Part shown: one piece after another, positions 17,798-27,130 of the stretch
Layout of the letters: the number at the start of each line of letters is the position of its first letter
How positions within the stretch are numbered: position 1 is the first letter of the stretch
DNA from: Candidatus Hydrogenedentota bacterium
GTDB taxonomy: Bacteria; Hydrogenedentota; Hydrogenedentia; Hydrogenedentales; SLHB01
Reading direction: 5' to 3'
DNA length: 64,000 bases
NCBI GenBank assembly: GCA_903925285.1
Contig: CAIYET010000770.1
Coordinates: 20,621-84,620, forward strand
Translations under genes and position numbers: made by a program
The notes under the pieces: generated by a model
Database searches by the model: none
What the model was told of the DNA's origin: nothing
The model's input: the letters and a program-made list of their open reading frames with translations, nothing else

Positions 17798-20700
17798 ATG
17801 AGAGCCAATTGGACAAGGGAAATACTGAAATTCAAGAGGAAGGTTCTGGCTGGCTTCATACTGGCCATGGTTCTGGCGGCGCCGGGTTACGCCTTTGTCG
17901 ACCCCGAAACCATCTCCCTGTCAGCCGACTCCAAATCGGTCCGTTTGAACGAGACGACCATCATTCGTATTAACGAGACCGACTTGGACCCGCAGTGGAC
18001 CTATCAGTGGAGTGCCGTGAGGGGGGCGGTCGTCGCGAACCCCAATCCCCTCGCCCCCCATACGGCCATTTACACGGCGACGGCGGGATTGGATCCGGGA
18101 GAGGATGTTATCACGGTCGCGATCTACGATAACACCCCGCGGCTTCTTGCAACACGAACAGCCGTCGTTCTGGTTTTCAAGCAATTCATCGTCCTGAAAG
18201 CCGGCACGTGGGGCGTTATCACCACTAACTGGCAGTACTATTTTCAGCAGCTCCTCGATCTCCACATCAAGACGGCCGTTGCCATAATAACGCATTTCAT
18301 CGACCCGCTTTATTCCGGGTATGCCGGCCCTGCGTTTGTCACGTACACGAAAGCCAGACATGACAGTGGTTATGTCGAGTTCTGGAATAACGGGTATGAC
18401 TTCTCGAACGGTGCAGGTCCGCCAGCCTGGTGGGAATTCAGGGGAACGACCTACGGCTCTCAAAAGACACACCTCGAGGCCGGGCAGACGCTCGCCAACA
18501 CCACGTTGGGGTTTCCGTTCACGGCATTCGGCGCTCCCTACAACCAGTTGGATACAACCACCACTACGGTCGTCAACGAATCCCCCGAATTGCGGGTATG
18601 GCTATTCGGCGCAGCTACCGGCTCCACCAAAATGGTACTGACCCACGCTAACGGCGAGATAGAACAAACGACTGGACTGCCGAGTTTTACCTATTTCATG
18701 AGTACCTATAGCGCCACGCCCCGGTACGTCGTCCTCCAACACAATCCGGGCATGAATTCCTTCTACACCAACTTCCAACAGTTCAGGGACATCCTTAACT
18801 ACCTTATCGCCCAGAAGGTCACGTTTATCCTACCCACCGAGTATTGCCGCTTGATCCAGGACGGGATCCTCCCGTCAAACCCGGGCCGGACACCTTTCTT
18901 CATGGTGCAGCCAACCTCGCAGACGGTTAACCCGACGCAGAAAATCACCTTGACCGCTACGGCCTTGGGTACACAGCCCATCTCCTACCAGTGGAAAAAG
19001 GGCGGGACTAACGTTTCCGATGCGACGACCGATACGCTCATCATCACCGCTGCCGGACAATCGGACGAAGGCAGCTACCTATGCACGGCGACAAATATCC
19101 ACGGGAGTACGGATTCCAATCCAGCGACTTTGGCGGTCGACGATCCGCCGACGATTACCACCCAACCATTGTCCCAAACCCTGGATCCCGGCGTTTCGGT
19201 GACATTCACGGTCGAAGCGACTGGGACGGCCCCGTTGAGTTACGAGTGGCGAAAAGACAATTCGACCATTCCCGATGCCACGGATCCATCCTACACAATT
19301 TATCCCGTGGCCGAGTCGGATGAGGGCGCATACGCCTGTTACGTCAGCAATGCGGCCGGCAGCCAGGCCAGCCAGAACGTACTTTCCAACTCGGCGTTTT
19401 TTTCGGTGAACAACCCCGCTTACGTCATTGCCGACCCGGTGTCGGCCACTACGGACTACGGACTTTCGGCAACGTTTTACGTGATGGCAGGGGGGACTCC
19501 GCCCATCAGCTATCAGTGGCGCAGGAATGGCATCGGCATCGGCGCCGCCACCGACACGGAATACGCGATCGACAACTGCTCGAACGCCGAAGAGGACAAC
19601 TATGACTGCGTAGTGACAAACAGCGCAGGAGGCAGCGCCTCCGCAGCCGCTCGATTGGCCGTCAACGATCCTATTATCATCGGACAGCCGGAGGATGCGC
19701 AAGCGCTCGCGATGTCGACGGTGCACTTCACGGTCACTGCGGCTGGCAGCGGCGAGATCGCCTACCAATGGTTCAAAGAAACGACGGTGCTCGAGGACGC
19801 CGGAAAGATCAGCGGCGCCACCTCGCGAATCCTCCAAATCGAGGGTGTAACGGACTCCGATCAAGGGGTCTATCACTGCGCAGTCACCGGAGGCGATCCT
19901 ACGATTGTGACCCGCGACGCCCTTTTGGAGATCAGCGACCCTGCGTTTACAACGGAACCTCTGTCGCAGACCGTGAATCCCACCGATTCGGTGACCTTCT
20001 CCATCCGGGCGGTGGGTACGCCGCCATTCAGCTATCAGTGGCGGGATACGAACGGAATCGACATCGAAGGAGCGACGAGTGAGGATTTCGTTATTCCATC
20101 CGTTGCAGAAACCGACGAAGGCGCCTATAGCTGCCTCGTCACAAGTCACGTCCGGCCCTTGGGCTTCGAGTCGGCTCAGGCAGGCCTGGTCGTGAACGAC
20201 CCGCCCCTGATCGAAACGCAGCCCGAGTCGAAATCGGTCGATCCCACCGATCTCGTCGTGTTTAGCGTAGTGGCCACGGGCACGGATCCCTTGAGTTACG
20301 AGTGGCGCATAGGCGGCGTGCCGATTCCCGGCGCTACACGCGCAACCTATACCATTGTCTCCGCGCAGCAATCCGACGCGGGGCCGTACACCTGCTATGT
20401 GGCCAACGAGGCTGGCACGGTGTCCGGTCACAACACGACATCCGGCCCGGCTGTCCTGTATCTCTACGGTTTGCCGACCATTACGGTCCCGCCCATAAGT
20501 CAGACGGTGGATCCGAACCATCTCGTGACATTCAGCGTTGTGGCGGCAAGTGAAACGCCAATGAGCTATCAGTGGCGCCTGAACGATCTCAACATTCCAG
20601 ACATGACCGAGTCGACGTTGAGCATTCCGCTTGTCCAGGAGAGCGACGAAGGCGACTATACTTGCGTTGTCGGCAATTCCGCCGGAGACAAGACGAATAC

Positions 20701-22744
20701 GAATACGATATCCGCCCCAGCGACGCTGACGGTCAATGATCCCCCCGTCATCGTCGTTCAACCCGAGTCGCAACTCATCGCACCGGAATATGAAGTGTCT
20801 TTCTCGGTAACGATTACCGGTACGCCGCCTTTCAGCTTCCAATGGAGGAAAGGTGCGACTACTATCGGTGAAGAGACCGCTGACTCCTACACGAGTTCCT
20901 ACACCATTGCATCCGTGGCATCGAGCGACGCTGGCGTCTACTACTGTCACGTTAGGAACAGCGCGGGGCAGGTTACTTCCGATGGTGCGACGCTGAGGGT
21001 TCTGGAACCGGCAAGGATTGTGACCCAACCGGTCTCGCAGGAACTCAACTATGGGACAGCGGTGGAGTTTTACGTACAGGCGGACGGAATGTTACCGCTC
21101 TATTACGAGTGGAGAAAGAATGGCATTGCGCTCGTGGACGGCGGTAGGGTGTTGGGCGTTTCCGAGGCCCGGCTGAGCATCGAGGCTGCCGAAAACGGAG
21201 ATGAAGGCGATTACACCTGCTACGTTATCAACGATTTTGGCGGCATCGAATCGGCGGCCGCCACGCTGATTGTCCATGATCCCGCCATCACCGCGCAGCC
21301 TCAGCACCAAAGTGTGATGGGCGGCCACACGGCGCAGTTCTCGATAGGCGCGGTCGGCAGCAACCCTGTTTACAGGTGGTACAAGAACGGCCTGGCGTTA
21401 AGCGATACCGGCAGCATCGGCGGCTCGTCCACAGCCGTATTGAATGTCGACAACTGCCAAGTCGCCGACGAAGGCGTCTATCGCTGCACGGTCGCCGGCG
21501 GACCGGATGCGGATGTAACCTCGCAAGACGCAACACTCGCGATCGACGACCCCGCCGTCATTACACAACCGCAATCACAGACGGTTGACCCGGACGATAC
21601 AGTGACGTTCGCATTGGAGGTCGATCTCGATAGCTCCACGCCCATCACCTTTCAGTGGCGCAAAGACGGCAATGATATCCAGGACGCGAGCGGTGGTGTA
21701 ACGATCGGTCTCCCGATCACGTACGTCATCGCCAACGCGGCAGAGACGGACGAAGGCAGTTATACCTGCCTGCTCCGCGGGTTCGAGGACGTTGTCTCCA
21801 ACGCCGCGACGTTGAGCGTCAACGACGTTCCCGTTATTTCGGGCGTGGACGTGGACCCGCCGGACGCCCGGATCCAACTATCGAGCTCGGCCAGTTTCAC
21901 CGTTCAGTTGTCTGGCGGGACGGAGCCAATCTCGTACGAGTGGAAGAAAGATGGGATCGTCCTTACCGAGAGCGACCACGTCTCGGGTGTTTCGCAGCGG
22001 ACGCTGATCGTTAATCCCGCGCAACAGCAGGATGAAGGCCGCTATACGTGTGCCGTCTACAATTCCGCGGGCAGGGCGGTGTCTTCGGAGGTATATCTGA
22101 TTGTCGGCGAGATCCGTGCTTTTACGCAGCAGCCCTTAACCGAGCAAAAGAAATACATTGGCCAAGCGGTGCAGTTCGAGGTCGAGACCGTGGGGGGCCG
22201 CGGAACGCCTCACTACGCTTGGACATTCGACGAACGGCAAAAAACCACACAACCCGTGGGTGACGATTCACCCCTGCTGGTTTTCACGGTCACGCAGGCA
22301 AAGGCCGGCGCGTATAGGTGCGGCGTAACCGATGAGCGGGACACCTATTACTCGAATACGTCCACACTGGACGTTGCGTCGCCACTCGAGATACTCCAAC
22401 AACCACGAGGAGGTCTTGTGGCCGAAGGTTCCCTGCACACCTTTGCCGTGCAAACAAGCGGTGGATTCTTACCATTGGCTTATGAATGGCACAAGTACGA
22501 TGTCCCCACGGTTCTTGGAACGAACGTAACGTTGACGCTCGACCCCCTTCAAACGAGTGATTCCGGATCCTACTATGTCATTGTGTCAGACGCCATCAGC
22601 AGCGTCGAATCCAACACCGCTCCCTTGTTCGTCGGCACAAACGTTCCCGCAGCGGGCTTTGTGGCCTTGGGACTGTTGGCAGGAATATGCACCTTGGTTG
22701 GCGCGCTCACACTCGGTTCGAGGGGGCGTTCCACGTTTCCGTAA
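17798..22744 (+). CDS. Giant surface protein, paralog 2: same architecture, 14 Ig repeats, head motifs substituted (GT and N-x3-F)
   Basis: Collinear with paralog 1. For example, repeat 4 has WF[QK], repeat 10 has YRWYK and repeat 13 has YAW in both. The C-terminus is VPAAGFVALGLLAGICTLVGALTLGSRGR. Confidence 0.8.
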   Translation: MRANWTREILKFKRKVLAGFILAMVLAAPGYAFVDPETISLSADSKSVRLNETTIIRINETDLDPQWTYQWSAVRGAVVANPNPLAPHTAIYTATAGLDPGEDVITVAIYDNTPRLLATRTAVVLVFKQFIVLKAGTWGVITTNWQYYFQQLLDLHIKTAVAIITHFIDPLYSGYAGPAFVTYTKARHDSGYVEFWNNGYDFSNGAGPPAWWEFRGTTYGSQKTHLEAGQTLANTTLGFPFTAFGAPYNQLDTTTTTVVNESPELRVWLFGAATGSTKMVLTHANGEIEQTTGLPSFTYFMSTYSATPRYVVLQHNPGMNSFYTNFQQFRDILNYLIAQKVTFILPTEYCRLIQDGILPSNPGRTPFFMVQPTSQTVNPTQKITLTATALGTQPISYQWKKGGTNVSDATTDTLIITAAGQSDEGSYLCTATNIHGSTDSNPATLAVDDPPTITTQPLSQTLDPGVSVTFTVEATGTAPLSYEWRKDNSTIPDATDPSYTIYPVAESDEGAYACYVSNAAGSQASQNVLSNSAFFSVNNPAYVIADPVSATTDYGLSATFYVMAGGTPPISYQWRRNGIGIGAATDTEYAIDNCSNAEEDNYDCVVTNSAGGSASAAARLAVNDPIIIGQPEDAQALAMSTVHFTVTAAGSGEIAYQWFKETTVLEDAGKISGATSRILQIEGVTDSDQGVYHCAVTGGDPTIVTRDALLEISDPAFTTEPLSQTVNPTDSVTFSIRAVGTPPFSYQWRDTNGIDIEGATSEDFVIPSVAETDEGAYSCLVTSHVRPLGFESAQAGLVVNDPPLIETQPESKSVDPTDLVVFSVVATGTDPLSYEWRIGGVPIPGATRATYTIVSAQQSDAGPYTCYVANEAGTVSGHNTTSGPAVLYLYGLPTITVPPISQTVDPNHLVTFSVVAASETPMSYQWRLNDLNIPDMTESTLSIPLVQESDEGDYTCVVGNSAGDKTNTNTISAPATLTVNDPPVIVVQPESQLIAPEYEVSFSVTITGTPPFSFQWRKGATTIGEETADSYTSSYTIASVASSDAGVYYCHVRNSAGQVTSDGATLRVLEPARIVTQPVSQELNYGTAVEFYVQADGMLPLYYEWRKNGIALVDGGRVLGVSEARLSIEAAENGDEGDYTCYVINDFGGIESAAATLIVHDPAITAQPQHQSVMGGHTAQFSIGAVGSNPVYRWYKNGLALSDTGSIGGSSTAVLNVDNCQVADEGVYRCTVAGGPDADVTSQDATLAIDDPAVITQPQSQTVDPDDTVTFALEVDLDSSTPITFQWRKDGNDIQDASGGVTIGLPITYVIANAAETDEGSYTCLLRGFEDVVSNAATLSVNDVPVISGVDVDPPDARIQLSSSASFTVQLSGGTEPISYEWKKDGIVLTESDHVSGVSQRTLIVNPAQQQDEGRYTCAVYNSAGRAVSSEVYLIVGEIRAFTQQPLTEQKKYIGQAVQFEVETVGGRGTPHYAWTFDERQKTTQPVGDDSPLLVFTVTQAKAGAYRCGVTDERDTYYSNTSTLDVASPLEILQQPRGGLVAEGSLHTFAVQTSGGFLPLAYEWHKYDVPTVLGTNVTLTLDPLQTSDSGSYYVIVSDAISSVESNTAPLFVGTNVPAAGFVALGLLAGICTLVGALTLGSRGRSTFP

Positions 22745-22753
22745 GTCCAAACG

Positions 22754-24916
22754 TTACGGACAACGCCTCTTGAAGCATCCTGCCGTGGACGCGGCCAACA
22801 TGAACGCTAGGAGTATCAGTGCGGAGACGCTGGCCGCTGGTAGCGGAACCAGGTTTACGACAAGAGTCACCGTATCCGACGTGACTGAGGCTTCTGTTTC
22901 ATCGGCCACCACGACCGCGTAGTCGCCTTGGTTCTCGATTGAGACTGAATCCATGACCAGCGCCGCCTCGGTAGCGTCCAAAATCAGGTTGCCGTCTTTG
23001 TACCATTGATACGACAACACCCCGACTCCGCCCGTTGCCTGGATGAAGAACGTAAAGGATTCTCCCGCGTTGGCCTGACCGCTTTTCGGTTGAAGTAAAA
23101 TCGTTAGAGGAGCCAGGTTTACGACAAGAGTCACCGTATCCGATGTGACTGAGGCGTGTGTTTCATCGGTCACCACGACCGCGTAGTCGCCTTGGTCTTC
23201 GATTGAGACTGAATCCATGACCAGCGCCGCTTCGGTAGCGTCCAAAAGCAGGCTGCCGTCTTTGTACCATTGATACGACAACACCCCGATTCCGCCCGTT
23301 GCCTGGGTAAAGAACGTAAAGGATTCTCCTGCGTTGGTCTGACCGCTTATTGGCTGAAGTGAAATCGCCAGAGGTTCGAAGAACTCGTAGGCGCCAATAT
23401 CGGGTCCAATACCCTGGGGTATCGGAATAGCGTCGAAATCGAATAGAATCCCCGCGTCGGTACCGGCATCTATGCAGGGGGAGGCCACTTGCAGATGGTA
23501 GTCGCGAAGCGCGGCGTTTGCAAACAAGGGATCCCCGCCGACGGCGTGGGTGTCGAATCCGGAGGCCGTGCTGTAGCCGGTCAAAGTCTGGTAGGTCGTC
23601 GAACCAACCTGAATGGCATCCGAACCGAGCGGCATGTGCAACCAGCAATTGTAGTCGATCACCTTGTTGGTTGCGCTTGCCATCTTCAATACCGGACTCC
23701 AAGTTGGTACGGAATTCGTCATGCCGATGTTGTTCTTCAACGTCGTGTTACACGTTCCATCATCAAGATAGAAGTTGTACTGCCTGCAATTCGTAACGGT
23801 GTTGTTGTAAATCTGGGAGTTCACCAGCGTTGTGCCCGACAGGAATAGTCCGTTCCACGTTAGATCATAAACCACGTTGCCGTACACCTTGGGGTTCATC
23901 AGGTTGGGCCAGCTACTATCCGTTATCAAAACGATGCCGTTAATATTCTCGGTGAATCCCGGCGTGGCGTATACGGTGTTGTACCGGACGATGTTGCCGG
24001 TCGGGCTTGAAGGGCCACCCTTTATGTCAATGCAATGATGATGGGCATTGTATGAAATGCACTTCTCGACGATCGCGTTTGAACAGTCGATCACATTGAT
24101 GTTGTTGCCGCCGGATTCATAGACGACGCATTGTGTGACCAAGTGGTTGTAGCCCGAGATCATGGAAAGTCCCATTTTGTCGATGGCATTATGGGACGGT
24201 GGATCAAGACGCCCAGCATGATGCAGCACAACATCGCGAATAATCCAGTTGTCATTTGTCGGAAAAACAAATAAGGTCTGATGATTGGCATTCTTCAACT
24301 CGAGACTCTCGATCGTGATGTAGTCCGAGTTCCCGTTCCACACTCCCTGGACACAATAATCACGGGCGGCCACCTGGATATCCCCTGGAAGCGAAATCGA
24401 ATATACATACAGAATATCCAATGTCCAATACCAACTGCCGCTCGCAGCTAATTCAACTACCGAGCCCATGTGGACACCACGCTCTCCGTCAAAAAAGACC
24501 AAATCGGGCGTTGGGGCTTTCTCTATCGGCGTCCACGGAAGGTTTGCCCGCCAAATGTGTGAGCCTGACGCCGTCTCGGTCCATCCTGTGACTGGGTCGG
24601 AACCGGTTATTATCGGGCGATTCCCATCGCCGTAGGCGCCAAACACGATCCGTGAAGAAGCGTTGCCACTCGTTGCGTTGACGAGAAGTGTCTCACGCCA
24701 AGTTCCTCCCCGCTTGAAGAGAATGGAGTCTCCCGGAAGAAAATGGGATATATCGACCTTGTGAATGGTTTTCCACGCATCGGCGTCCGACAATCCGTTC
24801 CAACTGTCATTACCCCCAACGGAATCGACGTAAAACAGCCTGGCGTCGGCTGTCAGACAAGGCACAATCCCTAACAGGAAGACAACCCACGCCCAAGATG
24901 ATTGATTCTTCTTCAT
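22754..24916 (-). CDS. Secreted right-handed beta-helix (pectate-lyase/NosD-like) protein with two Ig repeats and PEP-CTERM-like tail
   Basis: The signal peptide is MKKNQSSWAWVVFLLGIVPCLTADA. RLFYVDSVGGNDSWNGLS..AWKTIHK and serial N-rich beta-helix rungs follow. Two 88-aa Ig repeats are present. The tail is VPLPAASVSALILLAFMLAASTAGCFKRR. I chose the start at Met14 of the listed ORF. Confidence 0.7.
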   Translation of the reverse strand: MKKNQSSWAWVVFLLGIVPCLTADARLFYVDSVGGNDSWNGLSDADAWKTIHKVDISHFLPGDSILFKRGGTWRETLLVNATSGNASSRIVFGAYGDGNRPIITGSDPVTGWTETASGSHIWRANLPWTPIEKAPTPDLVFFDGERGVHMGSVVELAASGSWYWTLDILYVYSISLPGDIQVAARDYCVQGVWNGNSDYITIESLELKNANHQTLFVFPTNDNWIIRDVVLHHAGRLDPPSHNAIDKMGLSMISGYNHLVTQCVVYESGGNNINVIDCSNAIVEKCISYNAHHHCIDIKGGPSSPTGNIVRYNTVYATPGFTENINGIVLITDSSWPNLMNPKVYGNVVYDLTWNGLFLSGTTLVNSQIYNNTVTNCRQYNFYLDDGTCNTTLKNNIGMTNSVPTWSPVLKMASATNKVIDYNCWLHMPLGSDAIQVGSTTYQTLTGYSTASGFDTHAVGGDPLFANAALRDYHLQVASPCIDAGTDAGILFDFDAIPIPQGIGPDIGAYEFFEPLAISLQPISGQTNAGESFTFFTQATGGIGVLSYQWYKDGSLLLDATEAALVMDSVSIEDQGDYAVVVTDETHASVTSDTVTLVVNLAPLTILLQPKSGQANAGESFTFFIQATGGVGVLSYQWYKDGNLILDATEAALVMDSVSIENQGDYAVVVADETEASVTSDTVTLVVNLVPLPAASVSALILLAFMLAASTAGCFKRRCP
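22851..23378. repeat. Near-identical tandem duplication, 2 x 264 bp (88 codons), inside the beta-helix gene
   Basis: The unit starting aggtttacgacaagagtcaccgtatccga occurs at 22851 and again at 23115. The encoded repeats differ at ~10 of 88 residues. Confidence 0.85.
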
Positions 24917-25557
24917 CGGAATCCAACGCAACGTCAACTTAACGAGTTTTGTCAAAGTTAGCTGGATAAATTCTATCCGTATTCTCCCTTTCTTGTCAAT
25001 AAACGCTTACAGGAATGTCTTATCCGGTCAAGAAACGGCGGCTTCTGGTGTTGGGTCCACAATACGTGCTGTCATCCTTGGCCGTGTGTTGAATTTGGCC
25101 ATTTATGGCGTTGCGAAATTCGTTCAGAATTATCACTTCTATGCGCTTTTCCTCTTCAGATTCCGCGATGTGGTCGCCAAACACGCGATTTGGACGCAAG
25201 AACGTAACGAGCCGCGATTGAACGGTTGCTGGAACCGGCGGCTGGCAAAGGCCGGATAATGCACGGATCGGGAACCCAGCGGCTTAGCCCAAGGTCGGCT
25301 GTTCGTCAGGAATAAAATGCAACGATTCGTCGTTAGCCCCACAACCGTTTGGACCCGCTCATGGCTGATCCCGTTCCAGCTTCCAGGAACAACCTGAAAT
25401 GCGATGCAAGCACGTGCAATGATCCTTGCGTTCCGCTTCGTGCATAATCGCACCATGTCGTGCTATATTCGCTCAGCAACCGATCGCAGCAATCGCGGGA
25501 TGATGCCGTGTGTGCGTTTTGGGAGGCCCATCCCAAGAACGCCGTTCTGGAGGGGGC

Positions 25558-26916
25558 ATGGGTGAACAAAAAATAGATGCTTATTGCAGAAGGTTAACGA
25601 TACGCAGTGATACCTGCAAGGTTACCGAGCGATATCTCTGTTATGCCGTTGTATCGGCTTCGTTCGTATTTCTCGTTGCGATGATGTGTCTATACAGCCT
25701 CGATTTCCCGTATCTCGACCAATGGGAATTCGTGTCGTCGATCGGGAAGTCGTTCGATGGCGGCGTGACCCTTGGCGACCTGTGGGGGCAACATAACGAG
25801 CACCGACTCATCTTTCCGAAGGCACTCATGCTCGTCATGGCGCACATGAGCGGCTGGGACGTGCGATGGGAACTTGCGACGAACGTCATTCTTGGTTCAA
25901 GCCTTTTCGCGGTTCTCGCGGCCCAGATTATGGCGACGGCGCGAAGAAACCGGCTGAGACGTGCTCATTTGGTCTTGGCCTGGGTGTCGCTGATGGTATT
26001 CTCGCTCAACCAATGGGAAAACTGGTTCCTGGGCTGGCAGTTACAGGAGTTCATGAACGTTCTCGCGGCGGTTTCGGGCATGTTCGTTCTTTCGAGAAGG
26101 CCGTGCGGGAAAAGTGCCTTCGCCGTCGCGATTTTCTTGGGCGTGATTGCGACGTACTCGTTCGCAAACGGAATGGCCTACTGGGTCATCGGCGCCATGG
26201 TCATTGCTTTGTCGTCGGGACGCCGATCCAAGGAATTGCCGGCTTGGGTTGCGGTGTCAGTCATTGTCATTGCCTCATATCTATACGATTACCACTCGCC
26301 CGAATACCATCCCTCGATAGGGTACCTCGTTTTCCATCCTCTCGATTATGGGGGATATGTCCTCAAGTATCTTGGTGCGGCGATGGTCGACTTCTCTGAA
26401 ACCGGCGCTCTTCTTGCAGGATGCCTGTGCTTGGCGTGCTTTGCGAAAGCAACACACGCCGTCCTCGAGAGCGAATCCCCGTCGGAGTCCCCATTCATAC
26501 CTTACCTCGCAATCGGCTTGTATGGCCTGGCGAGCGCCATGATAACCGGAGTAGGCCGGGTGGGCTTCGGTGGCAGCCAAGCGCTTGCCCCGCGCTACAT
26601 TGCGTTCTCGAACCTTGTGTGGATCGCGGACGCCGCGATGGTATGGATGTGGTTGCACAAGTCCAATATCTCCAGAGTCCCATACCAGCGAAAGGTCGTT
26701 GTCGGTTGCGTCCTGTTTTCAATGGGGCTGATAGGTTTTGGCTGTCTTTATGGGGCCTATAGGTGGACCGAGCGTTACCACTTTAGAATCGAGGCGCGAA
26801 CGGAATTACTCGATGGCGACAACCTCGACATGCTGCGAAGAATCTTTCCAATACCTGAAAAGATCGTCGGAGTACGTCCAATTCTGCGCGAGAAACACCT
26901 TTCGATCTTTCGCTAA
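25558..26916 (+). CDS. Multi-pass membrane protein, possible GT-C-fold glycosyltransferase (uncharacterised)
   Basis: About 11 hydrophobic segments. An acidic motif (YLDQWEFV) sits in the first loop after TM1, as in GT-C enzymes. No family is recognised with certainty, and the start could be 25510. Confidence 0.35.
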   Translation: MGEQKIDAYCRRLTIRSDTCKVTERYLCYAVVSASFVFLVAMMCLYSLDFPYLDQWEFVSSIGKSFDGGVTLGDLWGQHNEHRLIFPKALMLVMAHMSGWDVRWELATNVILGSSLFAVLAAQIMATARRNRLRRAHLVLAWVSLMVFSLNQWENWFLGWQLQEFMNVLAAVSGMFVLSRRPCGKSAFAVAIFLGVIATYSFANGMAYWVIGAMVIALSSGRRSKELPAWVAVSVIVIASYLYDYHSPEYHPSIGYLVFHPLDYGGYVLKYLGAAMVDFSETGALLAGCLCLACFAKATHAVLESESPSESPFIPYLAIGLYGLASAMITGVGRVGFGGSQALAPRYIAFSNLVWIADAAMVWMWLHKSNISRVPYQRKVVVGCVLFSMGLIGFGCLYGAYRWTERYHFRIEARTELLDGDNLDMLRRIFPIPEKIVGVRPILREKHLSIFR

Positions 26917-27130
26917 CGTATTTTCATGTTGACATTCCGTAGATCGTGTCGATCACTTTTCGTGTCGGGGACTCATCTTGTTTTCGGCGCGCGCAATGAG
27001 CCGTGTGTTTGCAATGGTTCCCATTCTTCGGGCATATTGACGGATGCTCGCGAATGCGGGCTTTCATTTTGACTGCGAACTATGCCGGGTGGCCTTCTCT
27101 TTCGAGCGGCTTCGGCAGGAGGCATAAACG

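Noticed and set aside
12917-21028. Long minus-strand ORFs (12917-13990, 16469-17254, 19079-21028) inside the Ig-repeat genes
   Set aside because: These are antisense frames of highly repetitive GC-rich coding DNA, with Arg/His/Gly-rich products and no motifs. The plus strand encodes coherent Ig repeats.
25139-25456. 105-aa minus-strand ORF (..VVPGSWNGISHERV..) in the 600-bp gap between the beta-helix gene and the GT-C-like gene, considered as a transposase remnant (ISAzo13/IS630-like PGTSKWNxIEHR motif)
   Set aside because: The resemblance is limited to a few residues, the spacing to downstream motifs does not fit, and no inverted repeats are visible. This is not supportable without a database search.
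25558-26916. The multi-pass membrane protein as the missing exosortase
   Set aside because: It is too large (about 450 aa, ~11 TM), and I could not see the conserved exosortase Cys/Arg/His motif arrangement. It looks more like a GT-C-type enzyme.
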